From: Macrostomum lignano
Taxonomy: Eukaryota
NCBI GenBank assembly: GCA_002269645.1
Contig: NIVC01000219.1
Coordinates: 124,001 to 188,000 of the forward strand
DNA length: 64,000 bases
Direction of reading: 5' to 3'
Shown here: positions 37,679-50,300 of the stretch, one piece after another
Layout: the number at the start of each line of letters is the position of its first letter
How positions within the stretch are numbered: the stretch's first letter is position 1
Notes under the pieces: model-generated
Databases searched by the model: none
What the model was told of the DNA's origin: nothing
What the model saw: the letters and a program-made list of their open reading frames with translations, nothing else
Program-made: the position numbers and the translations under genes

Positions 37679-38605
37679 CTAACAAATCTGCATCATCTGA
37701 GTGACCTCGTCGACTCCAAGCGCTCTTGCCGACACACTGAAGCAGCGCATTTGGCCCAGGAACACGCGGTTGTGCGGAGTCGAGCGGACGATGGCTCCAA
37801 TTAGCACCGTCGAACCAAAGTTGACGCACGAATTCACGGTTGAAGCCACCGAAGTTGTTGTGTTGACTGCCGTGCCATTGATGTACAGCGTGGTGGTTGG
37901 AATCGTCATGTCATACACGCTAGCGATATGAGTCCAATCGCCTGTATGGTTGATTGGTTGACCCGATTTGGTGTGCGTCTCAGGTGAAAACACGGTAAAT
38001 TCCATTGTGGAGCAATCCGGGTACAGCCAGATGCGAGTGAGATACTCGACGGGCAGGACCAGACCTTCGAACAGGGGCATTGGACGGCAATCCGGGTCGT
38101 TGACTTTTATCCACATGGAGATGGTGAAGTTTCTGAGACACACCGAAGTCAGCTCGTCAATGTTGAACCTCTCTGACACACCCGACTGACCAGTGAAGTT
38201 GACGGCGCTGTCCGTGTACTGCATCGGGATGTTCTCCTGCAGGTCGAGATGGCCGCTGTTCGAGACCGCATTGCGAGTCCGAGTGGCGTTGCTCATGGGC
38301 CAGAAGGCGACGAGGCCGAGCTGGCGCAGGGCGCTCCACGACTGGCAGTCGGTGTCGTTCGTCAGACTGGCGGTCTGGAGGCTGTCCGACATGTTGCAGA
38401 CGCCCGCGCGGTGGCTCCAGGCGATGCAGGGACGACGGAGCTGAGAGCACAGAAAGGCGCACATGCGGGCGCTCGAGGCCGCCAGCGAGTGCTGCGGAGT
38501 CTGCGGCACCACGCAGCCGCCGACCGAGATGTGTCCGTGCAGCTCGCTGCAGTCTATTGTTTTACTTGAGAGGAATAGAATCCCCAGTATAATGAAATGA
38601 ATCAT
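37679..38605 (-). CDS. Secreted PAN-LamG paralogue 4 (A-Y), 308 aa, single exon
   Basis: ATG plus signal peptide (MIHFIILGILFLSS), type A module, shared core and a divergent LamG C-terminus (FTISMWIK...WTHIASVYD...LYINGT...LGQMRCFSVSARAL). Confidence 0.85.
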   Translation of the reverse strand: MIHFIILGILFLSSKTIDCSELHGHISVGGCVVPQTPQHSLAASSARMCAFLCSQLRRPCIAWSHRAGVCNMSDSLQTASLTNDTDCQSWSALRQLGLVAFWPMSNATRTRNAVSNSGHLDLQENIPMQYTDSAVNFTGQSGVSERFNIDELTSVCLRNFTISMWIKVNDPDCRPMPLFEGLVLPVEYLTRIWLYPDCSTMEFTVFSPETHTKSGQPINHTGDWTHIASVYDMTIPTTTLYINGTAVNTTTSVASTVNSCVNFGSTVLIGAIVRSTPHNRVFLGQMRCFSVSARALGVDEVTQMMQIC

Positions 38606-39451
38606 TTTATTGATGCTTCAAGAATTAATCTGATCAGCTTCAGCGAGTTTCCTGGGTGTGGCATTGAACGTCGGGAATTTATAGCAAAATTCGAGCCTCT
38701 GGGCTTAACTGGCAGCTTCTTCAAATTTCTTTATGAGGCCAATCGAACTCATTCACGTATTTGAGATTCCAAATGCAAGCCTTTTCGAAGCGGAATCCGT
38801 CCTTCAAAAGGAAGTATCGAGAATACTTTGCTTTATATTTTCCCATGATACTGTGCGCTGTATTTTCTTACACCTGTTGCTGAAACTGGCTTTCCGAATG
38901 ATTGAAATGCTCAACTGTTTCAATAAGAGCTTTTTGCCTTGTTCTTGGATGCCAATCAAGTCGGGGAGTTTTACTCGAAAACCAAGGACGGTTCAAGCAA
39001 CATAGTTCGCTCATACTTCAGCAGTCCTCAGTTTTTTAGCGCGAACAATCTAATTGGGGAGTATTTGCAAGTAATTTTCATTGTCTTAGCAAGTGGATTT
39101 AAATGCAGCTTCCAATGCCCCTATCTGAGCCGGAGTCCAGACCTGTTCATTTCGTGGATACTGCATGAATTATTTTAGAGCTGAAGTATTCGGATTTCAA
39201 AGGTTAATTACTTAAAATTTTGTTATTGTTTGCTTCAAATACTGTTTGCCAGATGCGCACGGGTACTCACAACTGTAGTTTACCTGCGGTAGCTTCATCT
39301 GCTATGAGCGGTTGCTGGGTTTTGGAAAGAGTCAAACTTTATTTCGAACAAACAAATAAATGCAGGAACTGCAGGCTAATGCTTCGATGTCTTGGTGGGA
39401 ACTTCCGAAAATGGAAAAGTCGTTTTCGGATTCCACTTTTGTGTCGGCAGT

Positions 39452-40131
39452 GAGTGTAGATCGAATTCAAGGTCTGATGTCTGTTTCCTCGTCTGTTTTA
39501 CGAATCCTAACCCAGATTACCACTTCAGTTACGATACTCTATAAGATCCAGGATACAGTCATCAGAACTTTGCGATGTCCATTGGAGCCAAATGGGGTGT
39601 CAAATATTCATACATGGTCTTATAAATGAAAGCGGAATATTAAAACGGCCGTCTCACTGTTGGCTCTCACTACTGAGCCTTTGTTTGCAGGCGGCAAACA
39701 TGACAGAAGCACTCGCTAGAACAGGTACGAGCGGAACCAAGAAAGCTCTGCTCCGATCAAACCTGGCTCCAATGGACATCGCAAAGTTCTGGTGACTGTA
39801 TCCTGGATCTTATAGAGTATCGTAACTGGAGTGGTAATCTGGGTTAGGATTCGTAAAACAGACCAGGAAACAGACGTCAGACCTTGAATTCGATCTATAC
39901 TCTATAAGATCCAGGATACAGTCATCAGAACTTTGCGATGTCCATTGGAGCCAGGTTTGATCGGAGCAGAGCTTTATTGGTTCCGCTCGTACCTGTTCTA
40001 GCGAGTGCTTCTGTCATGTTTGCCGCCTGCAAACAAAGGCTCAGTAGTGAGAGCCAACAGTGAGACGGCCGTTTTGATATTCCGCTTTCATTTATAAGAC
40101 CATATATGAATATTTGACACCCCATTTGGCT
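39452..40131. repeat. Foldback element (139-bp inverted arms around a 173-bp core) plus an adjacent truncated inverted copy
   Basis: P 39452-39590, Q 39591-39763, P reverse complement 39764-39902, partial P 39898-39953, Q reverse complement 39954-40126. Confidence 0.9.
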
Positions 40132-40487
40132 TGTCTATGAAACTTAACATAATGCGGAAATTATCTTTGGCAAACGCAGCTTCCTGAAGCAAGACAAACA
40201 AAAAGTTGATGCATTGGATGAAACGAGGCAGGCAAGGCCTGCGATGGGACAACAGTGTTAACATGTGCGCGCTGTCTCATTGGCGACCTCGCTTGCGTAG
40301 TTTCCCTTTAAGAAAAATCTTGTTTGAGCTACCCGCAGCCTATAGCGCGACATTCGACGCGCAGTGGAAGCAGATCCGTTGCCACGAATATTCAAAGCAT
40401 TCAGTAGCTGGCCACAGACGGCATCCAGGAACACTTTGTCCGCAAATCAACAGTTATCTGAAGAATTTAAGAGAAGTCCAGACTGCA

Positions 40488-41435
40488 ATGAATCTCTCGA
40501 GTGTAGTGATGCGTTTGCTTCTCCTTCTCGTAGCGAGCACTTCTGTTGCAATCGCCAGTAAGCAGCAGGAGTTCTCTGTAACCAACGGTGGCTGTCTCAT
40601 GGTCGAAGAAAGCCAACAGCTCAAGGCATCCAGCGCTTGTTTCTGTGCCTCTCTCTGCTCAAGTCGGAGCTCCTGCATCGGATGGAGCTACCGACACGGC
40701 AGGTGCAACGTGTCGGACAGTGTCCATACGGTCTGGACGAACAATGCTAGCTGCAAGATGTGGAGTCGTTTGAGAGAGCTCGGCTTCGTCGCCTTCTGGC
40801 CCATGAGCAACGCCACTCGGACTCGCAATGCGGTCCCGAACAGCGGCCATCTCGACCTGCAGGAGAACATCCCGCTGCAGTACACGGACAATGCCGTCAA
40901 CTTCACTGGTCAGTCGGATGTGTCAGAGCGGTTCAACATTGACGAGCTGACTTCGGTGTGTCTCACCAGCTTCACCATGTCAGTGTGGGTCAAGGTCACC
41001 AACTCGACAAGGGGTCCGATGCCGCTTCTCGAAGGCCTCTCCATGCCCGATCAGTACTTCACTCGCCTGTGGCTGTATCCCGACACAACCAATCTGCAGT
41101 TTGTGATTGGAACAGCTGAATTCGCTAAGACCGTTTCTGGCCTGACGAGCACATCAGTCAGCTGGACTCACTTCGCAGTAGTTTACGACTCGGCGACTTT
41201 TTCCAACCGGATGCTAATCAGAATGTACGTTAATGGTTCGTTGAAGCAATCAGACAGCAGGACTCAGACATCATCTGCTTGTGTGCACTTTGGCAGCTCA
41301 GTGCAGATCGGAGCCATATCCAGATCGACCGGGCACAATCGCGTGTTTCAAGGCCACATGAACTGCTTTGCTGTTCTCGATCGGGCCATCAGCGAACTGG
41401 AAGTGGCTCAGATTCTCAGCATGTGTTCTCCGTGA
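40488..41435 (+). CDS. Secreted PAN-LamG paralogue 5 (B-Z), 315 aa, single exon
   Basis: ATG at 40488 precedes the signal peptide (MNLSSVVMRLLLLLVASTSVAIA); type B module nearly identical to copy 3; shared core; third LamG variant (WTHFAVVYD...MYVNGS...FQGHMNCFAVLDRAI). Confidence 0.85.
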   Translation: MNLSSVVMRLLLLLVASTSVAIASKQQEFSVTNGGCLMVEESQQLKASSACFCASLCSSRSSCIGWSYRHGRCNVSDSVHTVWTNNASCKMWSRLRELGFVAFWPMSNATRTRNAVPNSGHLDLQENIPLQYTDNAVNFTGQSDVSERFNIDELTSVCLTSFTMSVWVKVTNSTRGPMPLLEGLSMPDQYFTRLWLYPDTTNLQFVIGTAEFAKTVSGLTSTSVSWTHFAVVYDSATFSNRMLIRMYVNGSLKQSDSRTQTSSACVHFGSSVQIGAISRSTGHNRVFQGHMNCFAVLDRAISELEVAQILSMCSP

Positions 41436-42777
41436 ATGAAACAGAAACAGATTTTCTGTGGCGGCAATAAGTTTATCTTCTCATATTGTCCTTTGAGAAA
41501 TACTGCAAACCGAGACTTGTGACTCTCTAACACGCTTTACTCTTTAGCTCTGTAGACTCTGTCGGTTTCTCTTGTTGTAATACGTTTTGAAGGAAGCCCT
41601 ATGTGAAGCCTACACAGACAGACTACAACTAGTCTTATGAGAAGGTCTTTTTTCAAAATATATTTTAAAAGCAAAATACGTCGGTAAAACCATAATGATC
41701 ATAGCCAACCGTTTTCATTATTTTGCATACAAGCAAGAGTGTTCAAGAATCTTTTTGAAATTTCAGTACCAGCTTGAATGAGAATGGCGGCATTACTGGC
41801 CTTTCTCAGCTGAGATGGAAGGCGCTGCCGGTAATGAACATCATATTTATCGCATCGCTTGTGCCTTTAGTATGCTCTAGAGAAGGCATAACGCTGAATG
41901 GGATTTCGTCATCTAAAGACAATGAAATCTGTAAAAGCACACTATAGTTACTTGTGCAACATTTTGCTACCTTTGAGTGCCAACTTGATAATTGAAAAAT
42001 TCAAGTTACCAGTGAACACTGTCCATATGCTCCTGCAAGAGTCGAGATGGCCGCATATTCGATCCAGAAGTATATGGCGCTGTTGTCCTTTCCTTAGTAA
42101 TTACTAAACTGCATTTCTTCAAGAAAAGGCTAATTCAGGATTTTCAGAGACGCAAGCTTAACCCCAGAGAATTTTCTCAGGGACGTTCCCCCAATTCGAG
42201 ACTGCCATCATGCACTTTGTAAAGGAGACAAGGACTACTAGACTATAAGGACCAAGGATAATAGAGCGTCTCATAACCCGTTCACAACTTACATCTAGTC
42301 ATTGGCCCCTCGGCTCTTGGACTACTGATAACATTCCAGTGGTCCTAGGTAAAGAGAATGCTTGCGTATGAAATGTGCAAATATTCTTGTCGATTTAACC
42401 TAAACTGAAATGCGTGGCCAATTTTTTTCGATAGGAAAGTCTTTTAAAAGCTGACCATCAAAGAGCTCCGTTTCACTGCAAAAAGCTTCCATTGTTCACG
42501 CTTGTCAGTCTGCATGATTGACGTTTAAAATCACGGCAGAGACACAGTGGATTGCTTTTAGCTCTCAGAATGTGGAAGCCCCAGCTAATGCGCGTAAAGT
42601 AAAAATAAACAGGTGCAGGATACAGACAATGGACCCGAAAGTGAGTCACTTTGACTTCTAAAAGCTTCTGCTCGAACTGCACTCACGGCCCAGTATACTT
42701 TTCAAAAACATCAGTCTTAAACGTTACATAATTTTATCAACTACCTTGCTCAATTGATGGGTGTGTGAACTACTACC

Positions 42778-43084
42778 GGGTTGTAGCCTACTGGTCAGAG
42801 CGTCGGACTCACGACTTGAAGGTCGGGAGTTCGATTCCCGATCCCACTGGAACAATTTGTGTCCTTGAGCAAGACTGTTAACTCTGCATTGCTTCAGTTC
42901 ACCCAGATGTAAAATGAGTGCCAGCATTAGCTGGGGTAATTGAGGGTGTGTGGCGACCCCCAGTCCTTGGACTGAACAGCCGTACGCAGCCTTCAGATGC
43001 ACCGCGCAATAGCTGCGGCTGAGCTGTCGGTTGCACATCTGGCCATTAGGGCAGGAGTAAATAATAATAAATTATTATTATTAT
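42778..43084 (+). mobile_element. tRNA-derived SINE, family 1, copy b
   Basis: Same head, central domain and 3' body as 37087-37400; ends in an (aat)/(tat) tail. Confidence 0.8.
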
Positions 43085-43855
43085 GTGAAGTAGTTTTTAA
43101 GGATATAAAAACTCTCGACAGGGTCAATCTGTAGTTTAGGCTGCAAGTTGCAAGTTTTAGCTCTTATAAACGTCTGGAAAATAAAGAATTGTGAGTTTTT
43201 CAGTTGTAATTAAGCTTCTATAGCTGTCTTTGTGCCAGATCTGCATGAATACAGTCTAATATGCTCAACAACAACTAGCTAATCCCCTCAAGTCCGATGA
43301 AACATCTTGGCTATGCCCCCTTTGGTGCTACAGCATGTGACAGGATTTCTGCTTGCTCGGGACTCCTTCACAGGTTTCCTGAGACATCAATGACATTGCT
43401 TAACTAAACTATACATGTATGTTAATTAAAGTTGCTGAAGTATAACTGGTTGATGCAAAGATACTTCATAGTTCTAGCTGAATGTTTCTATATTTTCTGA
43501 TTATAATGCCCCCTATACTGCCCCATGCTCAACAGCTCGATTCTGAGCCTAACCTAAATAGCGTGTGCCATGCAATGTACAGTTGAAGCTATTCTGTGGC
43601 TGCGTGAGTCTATTTCTGGGGCTGGGTGGCAGTTTAACTGCACCAACGCGCGACGGTGTACGCCTATATGAACAGGGGGGGGGGGGGGTTGTGAGTCACG
43701 GCCCACTTCAAAGCCCTCCTACTCTTCACCTTGTGCCTAATAATACTCAAAACTGAGACGAGTACTGAGCTGTGTTAGCACGAGTGGCCAATTTGGCAAG
43801 CCAGAGACTGCAAAGTTACTCTCTTCGTTGCTTAAATTTCTATAATCTGATCGGC

Positions 43856-44389
43856 ATGGAGCAGCCAAGATCGATCACTTCGATACGTAATCCGCCATTC
43901 CGACTGCAGCTGGTGCTGCCAGCGCCTGCGGATGCGGCGGCCACGGCCAGCAACCAGCATCAGCAGCACCGTTGGATTCCAGCTCCATCGTTGGCATCTC
44001 CGCCGCCGCCTCAGCAGCATCCCCGACAGCTGTACGCCCAGCTGCAGCAGCTCTACCGACGAAGACTAAGGACAGTCGAGACCGATGTTAATGATGACGA
44101 TGATGCTGATGGCAGCCGGCCTGTCAGTTCGGACTCGGGCATCTCCGACTGCTGCTGCATCAATCAGCAGCAGCTGCAGCGGAGTCAACAGCAGACTCCA
44201 TCCGACACAGACGCTGCCGCACCAGCCTGTCGCATCTGCCTCACCAGCCTGTCGAAGGTCGGGCCCTCCGCTGCGGCCAACTGCGGCCACGTCGCCTGCT
44301 TGCCTTGCCTGCTGGCCTGGTACAGGACTCGGTCAGTGTGCTTCTGCTGTAGAACCGGCACCACAGGATTCACGCTGCTGTACCTATGA
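43856..44389 (+). CDS. Single-exon C3HC4 RING finger protein (177 aa), probable E3 ligase
   Basis: CRIC-x14-CGHVACLPC-x10-CFCC at the extreme C-terminus, ending LLYL*; P/Q/D-rich disordered N-terminus; first ATG at 43856. Confidence 0.8.
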   Translation: MEQPRSITSIRNPPFRLQLVLPAPADAAATASNQHQQHRWIPAPSLASPPPPQQHPRQLYAQLQQLYRRRLRTVETDVNDDDDADGSRPVSSDSGISDCCCINQQQLQRSQQQTPSDTDAAAPACRICLTSLSKVGPSAAANCGHVACLPCLLAWYRTRSVCFCCRTGTTGFTLLYL

Positions 44390-44561
44390 GCCTGGCATTG
44401 TGCGAAACTACTGAATTAGTTCTCTGTAGTGTTCAGACAGGGTCCAGTGTCTGCTCCAAAAACGAGCTGGTTTCTTTCCTTTCTTTAGGAAAAAGGAACT
44501 CTTTTGTGTAATTTAAGAGCTTTAAGTAGTATAAATTGCTTGGGGCATTGGATCAACTTAA

Positions 44562-44992
44562 GGATTCTTTAGTGGGTCAACTCTGGATTCTTCCAGTGGG
44601 TCAACTCTGGATTCTTCAGTGGGTCAACTCTGCATTCTGCAGTGGATCAACTCTGGATTCTTCAGTGGGTCAACTCTGCATTCTGCAGTGGATCAACTCT
44701 GGATTCTTCAGTGGGTCAACTCTGGATTCTTCCAGTGGGTCAACTCTGGATTCTTCAGTGGGTCAACTCTGGATTCTTCAGTGGGTCAACTCTTGATTCT
44801 TCAGTGGGTCAACTCTGGATTCTTCAGTGGGTCAACTCTGGATTCTTCAGTGGGTCAACTCTGGATTCTTCAGTGGGTCAACTCTGGATTCTTCAGTGGG
44901 TCAACTCTGGATTCTTCAGTGGGTCAACTCTGGATTCTTCAGTGGGTCAACTCTTGATTCTGCAGTGGATCAACTCTGGATTCTTCAGTGGT
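44562..44992. repeat. 23-bp minisatellite
   Basis: Unit gtgggtcaactctggattcttca. Confidence 0.95.
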
Positions 44993-47303
44993 TGACTCGT
45001 ATATATGAATGTAGGGTTCGTGTTTATTTCTAACCCTTCATCTCAGAAAAAAACGGTTTAAACCGACAAAACATATCGGATAAACATAAAAATGTAAGTG
45101 TTCCATATACATGTACATTTATACATGTATACCGAAATCGAATTTCTTTGTCGAAGCTTTTAAAGCTTGCACGAGAAATTACGCCGAATGTGTAAATATG
45201 AGTTTTTTATGTCCCAAATATGGCATTGTTTTATAACTTTAATAACTTTAACTCAAATATTGGAGAAAGTTGTGACTGAGTTTTTTGTGTCTACTGTACG
45301 TTTATGCACTATTTTAAACTGCAAGGTAACTTTTTATTTCTATTTACAATGTATCTCTCATGCGTGCACTCGCTACCGTCATAACTGCATTTTCAAAACT
45401 TCGCTCAACCGGCCATGTACATAGCAAACCTCTATATGATTTATAGTGCATCTTTGATGTCGCTGATATGCGGTATTTTTTATCTTTAGTCTAAACATGC
45501 GCTCTTGTATATGTTTTACAATCAGTTTTTCATTGTGCTCACAGTGTATTTATGAATTCAATTCGTGAAATATGAGTGAAAGAAAAGATAGTGTTTGAAT
45601 TATAAAGTTCCAACTTTGGTATAAGCGAAGTAATATTATTTTAAATTTAAATTTTTTTGTTTGTAATGCACTACTGACTTGCTAAAAGCTGTTTTTTATA
45701 ACTCGTATTATATAGACCAATTTTTGCTAGCAGTGTATAATAGTGCGTTTCTTAGTTCGTATTTACTTTTTATGTTTCTTCACGATACGTACGTGATTGT
45801 AGTTGTAGACCATGGAAATTCAAGTACATGTGTAACTTTAGTTTTTTATTGCTATAATTTATACTACGACTCAAAAGTTCGCTGGAAAATAAATATGTAC
45901 ATACAACCTGTAAAACTTCTTCGATTTTTAGTTCTGTCGAGACAACACAAAAATTAAATATTTACTTTTCTCTTTCTCATTCATTTAGGTGTTTATTTAA
46001 AATATTTTGAATTACGTCAACACGTCTTGATACATTGACAAGATTGGCCCTCGACACATATTATTATATTTGATAAGTACATGCGAAGTCCTATAACGCT
46101 TGTTTAGAATTATTGCTACCATAACTATTAGATTATCTTATTAAATAACATTTAAATAATTTTAGAAATTATATGTATTTTATGAATTAATATAATTTAG
46201 TATATTTATATCATTTACAGTCTCTTTTGTTTTACTACGCATTCTGTTTACAAAAGATGCAGGCAACAGAAAGTCAGAATTCAACTTGCATTCTTTTATT
46301 CTTTATTGTTCAAGCGTATCTGCGTATGGTCATGGACAAAAAATTTATTGACCAAAAAACAGATGAGGAAAATATTCAACTGAAGCATCACTAAGCCGTT
46401 CGAACCCTTGATAATACATAAACTTAAAAAGTTTTAGTATTGCAGAAAATATGCCTTTCCAAAAAAGCTGCAGTATCCTTTTTAATATTTAAAATCGAAT
46501 TTTTTCGTATCATAAAATTAAACTAGCTAGGACTGGATGGCGACATCAATAATTTTTTTATAAAATATGTACTGGAGGGAATTGCTAATATTTCTCACGC
46601 CTATGACGGAAAGGGATAATAGAATGTATTACATTATAATATGAAATACACAGCTAGACAGAAAAAGCCATCTGCTCCGATAGTTTATTGTATTTTGTAA
46701 CATAGCCCTATGATATATTATTATCGCATGTATAAAATTGGTTATTACCACTTAAAAATGCATCAGCAAAGGCTACTAGTGTTGAAATAGCATTAGTTTT
46801 AGACTTATTTCCTATTGTATAGTTTTATTTGTATCTACATGCGAATGAAAATATTCGCGCTTAATTTTTAATCAAGTAAACTGTTTTTAGTAAACAAATA
46901 GTTGTAAATCATTTTCGATTTATTTATACAAATACTTTCACTTTAGTAACTATTTATAATTTGTATATACAGTTACACTCAAGTAGGTGTTTCCAGTGCT
47001 CTGATTCTGCCAGACAAACGAGTTCTTAAAATGTGTGCAAGATATACATATAAAATATTTGCTCAGTGTAAAATTGTAAATACTGTTCGTGTATACATGA
47101 AGATTCACTTAAAAAAGATTCTTATATATTCTAGGCTTCTGCAAATTCCAGATAAATAAAATTAATTAATTTAACTCAGCTCTAAGAATTTTTTTTAGTT
47201 TGGAATTATTCTCAATTTTTGTAGATTGTTAATTTACTGAATCTACTCATACTTATCGCTAAAACACTATCCACTTGCAGCTAATTAGATCAGTTGGCAT
47301 TAG

Positions 47304-50300
47304 ATGAACCGCAGCGACTCAACGCCGCTGCTAAAGCGGCCTGCAATGCACCCGCCGCATTGCCCGTTCAGCTCCAAGTTTCCCCACGCCGGTACGTCTT
47401 GTTGTTGTTTTGCGAGCGCAATAAGTGGCTCTAGGGACAGGCTGTTAACAGCTAATACTAATCCAATACTAATCTTTGATTTCAAGCGTATTTTTGTCGA
47501 TCTTGGGTTTTTTATATTTTTATATAACTCGTAGCTAATAGTAAAATGTCCGAAATGTAAAAAGACAATTCTTTACAATAAAATTACATCAAAGCACATA
47601 ATGGAAACATTTTGTTGTTCTATGCCAGTGAAGAACTCCGTGAGCCTGTACAGAGAATTGGCGATTCCATCTACTGTAGCTGACATTCGTATTACTGGCG
47701 TACGTATTTATCATGCAAAATAAAGTCTCACGACTCTCTCGCCCACCCACTCAGATCAGCAACTGTGCAGCCACCGCAGCTCGCTGGAGCCTGCCTCCGG
47801 CCGCTCCCGCGCGGCGCTGCCCACCTACTCGTCCCTGGAGGATCCGCACCTGGTCGACTACTTCGAGCGCAAATTCGGCAACGTCACGGGCAGCTACGCC
47901 AGCCGGCTAGGCATCGGCGGCTTCGGCGCGTCCGGCGCCGTTGGCAGTCGAGGTCGCTCAGGCCGTAGTGGCCAGGAGGTCACCTACAAGCTGTCAATCA
48001 CCACGGCAGATTCTGAGGGCTCGGGCACCGACGCCCCGGTGTTTGTCAGCCTGCACGGCAGCCACGGGACGATGGGGCGCAGGAAACTGGCCAAGAAGTC
48101 CGCCTCCGCGGGCAGGAAACCCCGGGCTGCCGGCGGCGGCGGCGGCTTCCGTTTCCGTAGGGGAAGCACCAATAGTTTCAAGATGAAGAGCCCAGATTTG
48201 GGCGATCTGCAGTCTCTAACGGTTGAGGTGCGTTATCGTGGTAGCTGCAGTTCATGCAGTAGATTCTTTACTGGTCATAACATCCTTCTCCGCCTCTGCT
48301 TTGGGGCATTTAGCTCGGCGGTGATGCGTCAAACTCTTATGAAAGTCCCGAGCCTAGCATTGATTCCTTGCGCGGTCACACTTTTGGGCTCTTCCAGGGA
48401 CAAAAAATTGACTGGGACTTGTAATGCCCTTCACATCCGTAGAGCCAACATCCTATACTCGAAGAGTATGTGCGCTGCCTATCGCTGTAAACCCTGTGTG
48501 AGCGTGCACCTCCCCTTGATTTGTGACATCTTTTCCCTCATCAGACTATCCCTATTCGATTGTTTCTATCCAACAATGAATTGAAAATATTGTCCGGGTT
48601 ACAACCAATTTCCAGAACGCTGGCACCGAAGAGCGAGACAGCTGGCTACTGCAGAGCGTCGAGGTCACAAATCTTGTCAGCAAGAAAACTTGGCTATTTC
48701 TCAACAATCGCTGGCTGTCACTATTCAAAGAGGACTGCAAAACTGTGCGCCAGCTGGGCGCGATCAAGTGCTCCAAGACCAGCTACGAGGTGCTGGTCTT
48801 CACAGGGGATCAGGACGGGGCCGGCACTGACTCGAGAATTTTTCTGACCCTGTTCGGCCAGGCTGGCGTCACGAGGCGGCTGCCGCTGCGCTCCGGTCCG
48901 GGCGAGCAGCGCACGGTGCTCAAGCGGAACAGCAGTCGACGCTTTGTGCTCAAAGCTGTCTGCGTTGGACCGTTGAAGAAGGCTCGGGTCCAGCTTGAAG
49001 AGACCGGCAGCAGTGCCGAGTGGCTGCTGGACCGCCTGCAGGTCACCGACCTGCGACACCCGAAGTGGCGCTACCACTTCGTCTGCGGCCAGTGGCTGTC
49101 GCGACGCCGCGGAGACTTCCAGACCGTCCGCGAGCTGGTGGCCAGCCGGGAGCCAGGCGCGGCACCGAAGAACACAACCTTCAAGATCAAGGTGTACACC
49201 GGCGACAAGGCTGGGGCCGGCACAGACGCCGACGTCTTCTTGAAACTGACCGGCGACAAAGCCGACTCTAACGACATCGCGCTGAACGAGCCGACGATGG
49301 GCGGAAGGAACCTGTTCGAGAGGAACTCCGTGGACGAGTTCATGTATAAGAGCCGCTACCTGGGGCAGCTGCAGCGAGCCAGAGTCTGGCACAACAACAA
49401 AGGTTTTGCACCCGGCTGGTACCTGGAGAAACTCATTGTTGAAGACCTGGCAATGGGACGCGTGTACGAATTCCCGTGTGCCCAGTGGCTGGCGGACAGC
49501 GAAGGCGACCGAAAAACGTCCAGGTGAGAGTCCGTGACCGCGCATAGCATCCGTGTAATTATTGAAGTATGTTATATTCATAGGTTGCTACTACAAGCGT
49601 AGTAGTAGATGTCCTAAAAAACCTAATCTGTGTGTAATTTTTAAAGTTTTTTTTTTGTTTTGTAATTTTTGACATGTAAGTAGAATAATTTCAGTGAAGA
49701 AGGCGACGTAAGTGAGTCTGGCAATTGAAAATTGCCCTAGTATCTGGGTTGTCAGAAAAATACCTGTGATGTCAGACAAGTATCTGAAATGTCAGGAAAG
49801 TATCTGAAATGTCAGGAAAGTATCTGAACTGTCAGGAAAGTATCTGAACTGTCAGGAAAGTGTCTAAAAGGTCAGGAAAGTATCTGAAATGACAGGAAAG
49901 TGTCTAAAAGGTCAGGAAAGTATCTAAAATGTCAGGAAAGTGTCTAAAAGGTCAGGAAAGTATCTGAAATGCCGGGAAAGTATCTGAAATGTCAGGAAAG
50001 TATCTGAAATGTCAGGAAAGTATCTGAAGTGTCAGGAAAGTATCTGAAATGTCAGGAAAGTATCTGAAATGTCAGGAAAGTATCTGAAATGCCGGGAAAG
50101 TATCTGAAATGTCAGGAAAGTATCTGAAATGTCAGGAAAGTATCTGAAATGTCAGGAAGTTATCTGAAATGTCAGGAAAGTATCTGAAATGCCGGGAAAG
50201 TATCTGAAATGTCAGAAAAGTATCTGAAATGTCAGGAAAGTATCTGAAATGTCAGGAAAGTGTCTGAAAGGTCAGGAAAGTATCTGAAATGTCAGGAAGT

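Noticed and set aside
40206-40487. 94-aa N-terminal extension of paralogue 5 in the ORF track
   Set aside because: The extension is not homologous to any other paralogue and would bury the signal peptide; the ATG at 40488 directly precedes the signal sequence.
44131-44148. DSGISD in the RING protein as a beta-TrCP phosphodegron
   Set aside because: It lacks the second Ser of DSGxxS; too weak to claim.
45000-47280. AT-rich block as a hidden gene or transposon
   Set aside because: Only short AT-biased ORFs, and no recognisable termini or protein motifs by eye.
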